From positions 7,259 through 71,258 of IMG/VR virus record IMGVR_UViG_3300042907_001325: a DNA stretch of 64,000 bases; one strand, given 5' to 3'. The stretch is from a virus. The stretch's first letter is position 1. The number at the start of each line of letters is the position of its first letter. A program made the translations under genes and the position numbers. Below the pieces are notes generated by a model. It was given only the letters and a program-made list of their open reading frames with translations, did no database searches and was not told where the DNA came from. Of this stretch, positions 58,595 through 64,000 are shown piece after piece.

Positions 58595-58741
58595 TTAAAC
58601 CAATTCTTTACTATAAAGGTTTGCCAATATAACTCTTGCAAATTTAAAATCTTTAACACGATTTAACTTCAATCCATAGGCAACAGCAATCGATTTAAGG
58701 TATGGGTAAGCTTCATTAAGGGTCATTTTTCCTATTTCCAT
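58595..58741 (-). CDS. 48-aa hypothetical protein
   Basis: Hand-translated MEIGKMTLNEAYPYLKSIAVAYGLKLNRVKDFKFARVILANLYSKELV. Confidence 0.55.
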   Translation of the reverse strand: MEIGKMTLNEAYPYLKSIAVAYGLKLNRVKDFKFARVILANLYSKELV

Positions 58742-58895
58742 AATTTGTTTCTTAAAATGTATTTTAATAATTTATATCGTAGTCTATACAACATGTTCAA
58801 AAGTTTTTATAAATATAAAAAAATAAAATGAAATAAAAAACCCCACTCTTATTAGGAATAGGGGTTTGTTATATATTTTTTATAGGTTTTTTTTA

Positions 58896-59291
58896 TTAAA
58901 AAAGACATTCAAATAATTTGCCAACATCGGCTGACAATCTTTCACCTCCAAGTATTCCCGATTCCGAAATTAATAGAAGGGTTATCCCACTTATAGCCAA
59001 CGCACCGCCAGCAACAAACTGAACTCCTGGTGTCGCTAAAGCCAATGCCATAATTCCAAGTGCGTATGACCCTGCGGCTGTTGTTAAAACCGCCAAACTA
59101 CTTAATCGTTTTCCAGTAATACAACTTTTGATTTGTTTTTCCATACTTGGATTTTTTTCTCCTGCGGCATATTTTTGTTTTGCAGTTTTAATCGCTGATG
59201 TAAAGCTGTTAGACTCTTCACTTTCTTCTCTTATAACTCGTCTAACCAATCTTGTTAAATCTCTTTCTGTTAATCTTACAATTCTTCCCAT
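58896..59291 (-). CDS. RLTE-leader cassette protein, Gly/Ala-rich hydrophobic hairpin
   Basis: MGRIVRLTERDLTRLVRRVIREE; long hydrophobic stretch between two Cys. Confidence 0.75.
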   Translation of the reverse strand: MGRIVRLTERDLTRLVRRVIREESEESNSFTSAIKTAKQKYAAGEKNPSMEKQIKSCITGKRLSSLAVLTTAAGSYALGIMALALATPGVQFVAGGALAISGITLLLISESGILGGERLSADVGKLFECLF

Positions 59292-59385
59292 AGTGTTTTA
59301 ATTTATTAATAAATAGTATGATAATCAAAAAAAAAAACCCACTCTTATTAGAAAGTGGGGAATTAATTTAAATTATATGATTTTA

Positions 59386-59832
59386 TTAACTTCTTTTATT
59401 TAATGTTACATAACATACACCGCTAATTCCTGAAATTTCTCCCTCACCTTGTGCAACTATTTTTGCATTTCCTGATTTCATTTCTCCAGCTAATCTTTTA
59501 GATTGGTCTAACGGGATAGTAAATACTTTCCCTGTATTATCCACTCCCGCAATACCATTATCTGTTTTATTGTTCCATAATTTTGATATCACCACAGGTC
59601 CTTTATATGCTGACATAAATTTTCCAAAAACATTCTTGCCACAGTTAACACTTACTTTATAATTGTTCATCAAGTTTTTTACATTTTTCGCATTTAACAT
59701 ACCATTTGGTGATGAATTAATGGTAATACCATCAATAACCGCAGCCTCATTTATATTATTTTTTTCTTCACTTAGAACTCGTCTAACAATTCTAGTTAAA
59801 TCTGATTCCGTTAATCTTATAATTCTTGACAT
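59386..59832 (-). CDS. RLTE-leader cassette protein
   Basis: MSRIIRLTESDLTRIVRRVLSEE...INEA. Confidence 0.75.
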   Translation of the reverse strand: MSRIIRLTESDLTRIVRRVLSEEKNNINEAAVIDGITINSSPNGMLNAKNVKNLMNNYKVSVNCGKNVFGKFMSAYKGPVVISKLWNNKTDNGIAGVDNTGKVFTIPLDQSKRLAGEMKSGNAKIVAQGEGEISGISGVCYVTLNKRS

Positions 59833-59849
59833 AGTATTTTAATTAAATA

Positions 59850-60086
59850 TTACAACAAACCAAGTTCTGGGTTATCGATTATTTCATTTCCAACATCTGA
59901 CGCTGCCGCTGAAATAGATTGTCCAATACTATCATCATCACCATCCCAGTCTGTTCTATCTTGAGCCTTTGTTTCATGTTTATCTTCTCTTGCTTCTTTT
60001 CTAGATTCTCCATCCTGAATATCAGTTTTTTTCTCTTCTCTAGCGGTTTCTCTGTCTGCTCTACGTGTTTGTGCACCTTTTCCCAT
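59850..60086 (-). CDS. Small highly charged disordered protein
   Basis: RETAREEKK / RKEAREDKH repeats; TATTTAT upstream. Confidence 0.55.
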   Translation of the reverse strand: MGKGAQTRRADRETAREEKKTDIQDGESRKEAREDKHETKAQDRTDWDGDDDSIGQSISAAASDVGNEIIDNPELGLL

Positions 60087-60196
60087 AATTAATTTTGTTT
60101 ATTATAAATATAAAAAAAAACCGAATGTTTTCTCGTTCTGGTTAAAAAGATGAATTTATTCTCCTTACCTTGTTTTAAAAGTTGCAATGAAATTAA

Positions 60197-60538
60197 TTAG
60201 TATGCGTATTCCTCTTCACCTCTGGAAAATGTGGTGATTCTTGATTCTTCCACAGGTAAGTTGTAATGTTTGTAAAGCCATTTAGATAACGCGGACTGAA
60301 TATCTTTAAATCCTACCATAGAGAACATATTGATTACACTAGTATAAGCTTCGTCTAGCACATAAGCATAATACCCTTGACCATAATCAGTAAGAATAAC
60401 AATAATTATGGGGTCACCATTGTCATTCACTAACGTAAATTTATCATCTTCTAATTGATGATGTAACTTACCAAATTGAGTTGTAATGAAATTATCAATA
60501 ATGTTATCAAGTTTACTTTCAGTAATAATATAATTCAT
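60197..60538 (-). CDS. MNYIITESKL-leader protein
   Basis: Leader shared with the 60572 gene; C-terminal KWLYKHYNLPV. Confidence 0.7.
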   Translation of the reverse strand: MNYIITESKLDNIIDNFITTQFGKLHHQLEDDKFTLVNDNGDPIIIVILTDYGQGYYAYVLDEAYTSVINMFSMVGFKDIQSALSKWLYKHYNLPVEESRITTFSRGEEEYAY

Positions 60539-60571
60539 TTGTCAGATACTTTAATTATTTTTATAAATACT

Positions 60572-60934
60572 TTACAGGTCCTGAATGGTTTTCACAGATA
60601 CGCCAAACCTTTCAGTGAACCACTCCTTAAATATTTCATGCCATCTATCACCAAAATACCCATTTAATGACGCTAAATATTTATTTTCAATCTCAATAAT
60701 GGGAGCCTTGTTTTTCATATCCTCAGAATTATCATCAAACCATTCAGGACCATACCACCAAAAACAATCATCTTCATCCTCAGAATCACCAAGATATGCT
60801 CGTAATGCATTATCATCCTCATTGTAAAAATCATCTAATGGGTGAGTCCAATGAAGTTCATCTTCAGGAAATAGTTCATTAAGATAATCAATGACTATTT
60901 TTTCAAATTTAGACTCTTTGATAATATATTTCAT
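60572..60934 (-). CDS. MKYIIKESKF-leader protein
   Basis: C-terminal EWFTERFGVSV, similar to neighbour. Confidence 0.7.
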   Translation of the reverse strand: MKYIIKESKFEKIVIDYLNELFPEDELHWTHPLDDFYNEDDNALRAYLGDSEDEDDCFWWYGPEWFDDNSEDMKNKAPIIEIENKYLASLNGYFGDRWHEIFKEWFTERFGVSVKTIQDL

Positions 60935-60935
60935 A

Positions 60936-61439
60936 TTATTTTTCAGTTCCCACTACAGTAATTTGTACAACCCTATCATCATCTGTTTCACTATCGTAAA
61001 CCTCATTATCCAATTGTTTTCCTTCCCAATACAGATAAAATTCATCTTCTCTCATATCAGATAAATTATCGTCATTTAACACACAATAAGAAGGTATTAT
61101 TGTTTCATAATACCTTGTCCCAGATTCAGTATAGTCTTCAGTATGAAGTACCTTTAATATTTTAAGTTTTGGTCTTTCAATTGGAATCTCAGGATTAACA
61201 TTTAAATTTACTAATTCACACAAATAACTATAATCGTTAAAATTGGGGTTATTAATTCCAAAGTATACCAAAGCCGATTTAACCAAATCAAGATTAGAAA
61301 GAATCTCGGATATATCAATTTCCTCAATATCAATTTCTTCAAATTTTTCGTAAATTAATAGTATTAATCTTACCAATAATTTATCAGGTAAATTACTAAT
61401 CTCTGTTGGTGCTCTGGCGTTTTGGTAGGGAGAACTCAT
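60936..61439 (-). CDS. Hypothetical protein, probable paralog of 43699-44340
   Basis: Shared motifs listed under the paralog. Confidence 0.65.
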   Translation of the reverse strand: MSSPYQNARAPTEISNLPDKLLVRLILLIYEKFEEIDIEEIDISEILSNLDLVKSALVYFGINNPNFNDYSYLCELVNLNVNPEIPIERPKLKILKVLHTEDYTESGTRYYETIIPSYCVLNDDNLSDMREDEFYLYWEGKQLDNEVYDSETDDDRVVQITVVGTEK

Positions 61440-61563
61440 TATTAAATTATAAAAATATATGTTTATTGAATATAAATATAATACAAAATTAAAATAAGGG
61501 GTTTATTTCACATTGTATCCCTTATCCATCAACCGGTCGAATTTTTCGACTCTCGGTAAATCG

Positions 61564-61773
61564 TTACTCTACAATAAATTTTCTTGATTCCTCTTTAAGT
61601 CCTCTTAATAATCCTTTTTTGTATGCAACATAATCTTTTTCATATTTATATGGCCAAGCAATTAAGTAAGTATTTCTTTCACTTTTTGGATAAGTAAATA
61701 AATCACTTTTTAATTTCTTTTTAATCTTTCGTGGCAATCTAAATTTTTTGTTTTTTTGAGACATATCTTTCAT
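61564..61773 (-). CDS. Small basic protein
   Basis: FRLPRKIKKKLK; TATCTTTG upstream. Confidence 0.6.
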   Translation of the reverse strand: MKDMSQKNKKFRLPRKIKKKLKSDLFTYPKSERNTYLIAWPYKYEKDYVAYKKGLLRGLKEESRKFIVE

Positions 61774-61885
61774 TACAGTGGGTTTTTATATAAAGACAAA
61801 GATAGTAAATTATTTTAAATTTTACAAATATACCGTAAATCTTATTGGGAATGGGGGATTAATTTAGATTTTTTAATGACCATCA

Positions 61886-62803
61886 TCATTTTTTATTTTC
61901 CTGGATTACCCGTTTAACAATACGGGTTAAATCTGATTCTTTCAGAGATTCATTATTATCACTTTCTGTAATATCTTTATAAACATCATTAATAAACTCC
62001 CAAATAGGTGAATAATATCTATCGGTAGATATTGTTTCTTCATCTTTCATTTCTGTTGGTTGGTGTCTTTCCATTGCGTTCGCAATAAGTTCTTGCGGAA
62101 TATCCAATTCTTTTGAGATTTCAGATGCCATTTTATCAATAACATTACTATCCATAGAAACCAAAGAATTATATTGTTCCACTTTTGATTGGAAGTTAGG
62201 TTTTAATGTTTTATTTAAAACCTTGAAAATTTCTTTATCTTCTGCATATCCTCTAATCTTAGGGTTTTCTTCACCATAAGATTTAATAAAATTAACAAAA
62301 TTATCATAAATATTACCTTTTGATTTTTCACGAATAACTTCGCCAGTATTACACAAATATTCTACCGTTCCGTCGTCATATAGTTTTAATTTTGCGGGAA
62401 AATTATATGAATCTAACTGACCCGCCTTATAATCTTTTGTATCAGTAAATGAATATTCTGAAGAAAAAGACTTCATATCAATTATTATTTGATAATAGTC
62501 TTTTATTTTTTTATACTCAACTTGAAGGTTGTCCGTGTCTTTTGAAATCAATTCCATTATTGATTCCAACTCTTTATAACAAGTCGACTTTATTAGACCT
62601 TTAGAAAATAACCCAAATAATTGTACTAATATTTTTCTACCAAAAAGTTTAATAGCCGCAAATGAAACCAAAGTTCCTCCGATAAGTGTTAAATAGTCGT
62701 TTAACCCTTCATTGACAGGTTTCTTTTTTGTTTTATTTTCTTTAATAACTCGTCTAACCAATCTTGTTAAATCTCTTTCTGTTAATCTTGTAATTCTTCC
62801 CAT
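61886..62803 (-). CDS. RLTE-leader cassette protein with the motif at both termini and one TM
   Basis: MGRITRLTERDLTRLVRRVIKE ... LKESDLTRIVKRVIQENKK. Confidence 0.78.
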   Translation of the reverse strand: MGRITRLTERDLTRLVRRVIKENKTKKKPVNEGLNDYLTLIGGTLVSFAAIKLFGRKILVQLFGLFSKGLIKSTCYKELESIMELISKDTDNLQVEYKKIKDYYQIIIDMKSFSSEYSFTDTKDYKAGQLDSYNFPAKLKLYDDGTVEYLCNTGEVIREKSKGNIYDNFVNFIKSYGEENPKIRGYAEDKEIFKVLNKTLKPNFQSKVEQYNSLVSMDSNVIDKMASEISKELDIPQELIANAMERHQPTEMKDEETISTDRYYSPIWEFINDVYKDITESDNNESLKESDLTRIVKRVIQENKK

Positions 62804-62835
62804 AATATTATTTGTTTTTTAATGACCTGAAAGTA

Positions 62836-63129
62836 TTAAAAATCACTATAATCAATACTATCATAAAGTTTTTCTTCTATTTCTGACGCTAATTCATCAT
62901 AATGGTGGTCTCTTAAAACATCAATAATATACCATTCATCAATTTCATCGATTGCGTCTGGTGAAAATCCAAGTTCGTTTAACAGAAAATCTTCAGCTAT
63001 TTTTATTAACTCTTTAAGCGACTTATTTTCAAAATCACTATCATAATCATCATCGTCATCCATTTCGCTAATAACTCTTTTAACGATACGAGACAAATCG
63101 GATTCAGTTAATCTTGTAATTCTTGCCAT
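62836..63129 (-). CDS. RLTE-leader cassette protein, acidic cargo
   Basis: MARITRLTESDLSRIVKRVISEM followed by a D/E-rich domain. Confidence 0.75.
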   Translation of the reverse strand: MARITRLTESDLSRIVKRVISEMDDDDDYDSDFENKSLKELIKIAEDFLLNELGFSPDAIDEIDEWYIIDVLRDHHYDELASEIEEKLYDSIDYSDF

Positions 63130-63213
63130 AATATTTTAATTTATTAATAAATACTTCATAATACAAAAAACCCCAAACTTATTAGGAATGGGGGAATTAA
63201 TTGTATGGTTTTA

Positions 63214-63570
63214 TTACTTGGTACTACAACTTCTCAAATAATATGCTCCCCATACGGCCAAACCTAGAGTGAGAGGTACCATTACTCCAACCCCACCCAT
63301 CATTGCCATGTGGATAGCCACGGCTCCTGATAAATAAGATGAAAGCAATACGGCCCCATACTTAGACGTTTTTGGGATAATAAATAATATCACACCAGCA
63401 AGTTCAACCACACCAAGCAAAGCAAGATAAGGAAGAAGATTCATAAATGTGAAGTTATTAACCATTTCTTCAGTTCCCACAATTTTAGAAACCGAAGACA
63501 TTCCCAACATAGACGCAACAAAGACGGTTAACAACCACCCCAAGTTTTTAAATGTAAGATATTTTTTCAT
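63214..63570 (-). CDS. DoxX-family membrane protein
   Basis: S...KI.G..EMV..F, LG.VEL....L..IPKT..YG..LL..YL.GAVAIH. Confidence 0.8.
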   Translation of the reverse strand: MKKYLTFKNLGWLLTVFVASMLGMSSVSKIVGTEEMVNNFTFMNLLPYLALLGVVELAGVILFIIPKTSKYGAVLLSSYLSGAVAIHMAMMGGVGVMVPLTLGLAVWGAYYLRSCSTK

Positions 63571-63658
63571 ATGACAAATTATAAAATAAATTATTTAATA
63601 AGTCAAATTAATTTTTTGATAAAATATCGCTAACGATTTTATTGACAATGTTGGATAC

Positions 63659-63991
63659 TTACGATTCTACACCAAAATCCATATATACATCATCAAATGT
63701 TGGAAGTAATTCGTGGATGTATTCATACAACTTATTTAGTTGACCCATCTTTGGAATCTCATCAAATTTAAAGTTCATCTCAAACTCGGAACTTACCCAA
63801 CGTTGGCCCACATTAATACTATGCAATTTGGGCAAGCCTTCAATTCTATTATATAAGGTGGGGAGAATCCCATTAATCATGCCCCTAAGTTTATTTGAAA
63901 ATTCTTCTTCATTTAGAAACTTATATTGTAAAATAAGGTCTTCATCGGTCAAACCAATATAAGGTAATACTTCATCAATATTTTCCCCCAA
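63659..63991 (-). CDS. Hypothetical protein (may begin beyond the window edge)
   Basis: 110-aa ORF at the window end. Confidence 0.55.
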   Translation of the reverse strand: MGENIDEVLPYIGLTDEDLILQYKFLNEEEFSNKLRGMINGILPTLYNRIEGLPKLHSINVGQRWVSSEFEMNFKFDEIPKMGQLNKLYEYIHELLPTFDDVYMDFGVES

Positions 63992-64000
63992 TTCATATAA

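Larger units (their letters stand above)
55300..63202 (-). repeat. Dispersed ~70-bp terminator+promoter unit (about 55300-55360, 56955-57012, 57806-57864, 58806-58867, 59296-59368, 63135-63202; partial copies at 54612-54660 and 61841-61865)
   Basis: + strand: tttattaataaata-N-aaaacaaaaa-cccc...gggg; loop sequence cttatt(a/g)g(g/a)aa shared by several copies. Confidence 0.75.

Noticed and set aside
796-60827. Many short antisense or alternative-frame ORFs in the track (e.g. 796, 3142, 7453, 13610, 25401, 29772, 36427, 52828)
   Set aside because: They are shadows of longer, better-supported genes and lack start signals or motifs.
47524-63129. Diversity-generating retroelement or RiPP precursor family behind the shared leaders
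   Set aside because: No reverse transcriptase, no adenine-specific variation and no modifying enzymes or transporter in the window; cargos are protein-sized and unrelated.
660-63160. T4 late promoter TATAAATA
   Set aside because: ATAAATA lies consistently on the template strand of the adjacent genes; the coding-strand motif is TATTTAT.
55300-63202. Integron attC array or CRISPR
   Set aside because: I saw no attC-type GTTRRRY/RYYYAAC ends, no integrase or cas gene, and spacing is gene-sized. A terminator+promoter unit explains the repeats better.
1-64000. Stop-codon reassignment as in some Bacteroidota phages
   Set aside because: Conserved genes are full length and coding density is high in the standard code; no suppressor tRNA was found.

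Overview
AT-rich segment of a large T4-like (jumbo) tailed phage. The host is most likely Bacteroidota: there are many TAnnTTTG promoter boxes, no Shine-Dalgarno motifs, and a Bacteroidota-type ClpP. Left end: portal, large terminase and acidic head/virion genes. Middle: a phage-encoded quality-control set (N-domain-less ClpC, a divergent UVR-motif protein, ClpP, and a tmRNA with an unusual 21-aa tag), six tRNAs with structured spacers, and peptidoglycan-binding/hydrolase genes. Right end: a hypervariable array of single-gene cassettes. The most striking pattern is that about 25 otherwise unrelated proteins share a few families of short N-terminal leaders ending in [L/I/V]-x-E, such as MxRxxRLTExDLxRxVRRVIxE. 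These genes mostly sit behind a TATTTAT motif, often inside a repeated terminator-promoter unit. I infer a modular capsid-targeting, protease-cleaved cargo system. All functional calls come from motif recognition by eye; no database searches were run.
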